This document shows, piece after piece, positions 63,904 through 64,000 of a stretch of DNA of 64,000 nt (positions within the stretch are counted from its first letter, which is position 1; the number at the start of each line of letters is the position of its first letter). Both the position numbers and the translations under genes were made by a program. The DNA is from Longimicrobiales bacterium. Its GTDB lineage: Bacteria; Gemmatimonadota; Gemmatimonadetes; Longimicrobiales; Gaopeijiaceae. The DNA lies in contig OZ241892.1 in the NCBI GenBank assembly GCA_965203485.1, positions 2,528,001-2,592,000 of the forward strand, given 5' to 3'. Under the pieces are notes generated by a model that did no database searches, had not been told where the DNA came from, and was given only the letters and a program-made list of their open reading frames with translations.

Positions 63904-64000
63904 GTTCGCACAGCGGCCGGAGGCGACCGCGCCCTGCCCTCCGCCTGCGCCCATTCCCCGCACCGGCGGGCGTCTCGGCTTGCGCCCACGCGGACCAGGA

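Overview
GC-rich bacterial chromosome window. The gene order yebC-ruvCAB-queA-tgt-yajC-def-fmt-thi-rsmB-PASTA-tsaD, the orphan TonB-plug protein and the 6-bladed propellers suggest Gemmatimonadota (inference only). Housekeeping blocks: EF-G paralog, Ruv/Que/def-fmt/thi/rsmB/tsaD, lgt-tamAB, htpX-uvrA, pspA, and a peptidoglycan-salvage cluster. These are interrupted by accessory islands. (1) 50-6752: a tightly coupled minus-strand operon of AlbA_2/HATPase, a PAPS-reductase-like PP-loop Fe-S protein, a GHKL ATPase carrying an in-frame G16 tract, and two unknown genes. This is the best candidate for an undescribed DNA-modification/defence system. (2) 25.5-31.5 kb: a propeller gene flanked by small peptide ORFs, a chimeric IS scar, and a RecQ-PRTase + DprA pair. 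(3) 31.6-34.5 kb: a secreted six-Cys peptide + propeller + ABC exporter cassette. (4) 43.95-46.6 kb: a repeat cluster and a fused BsuBI/PstI-type MTase-REase whose nuclease appears internally deleted. No rRNA, tRNA or CRISPR array was seen. All family calls come from motif recognition by eye, not database searches.
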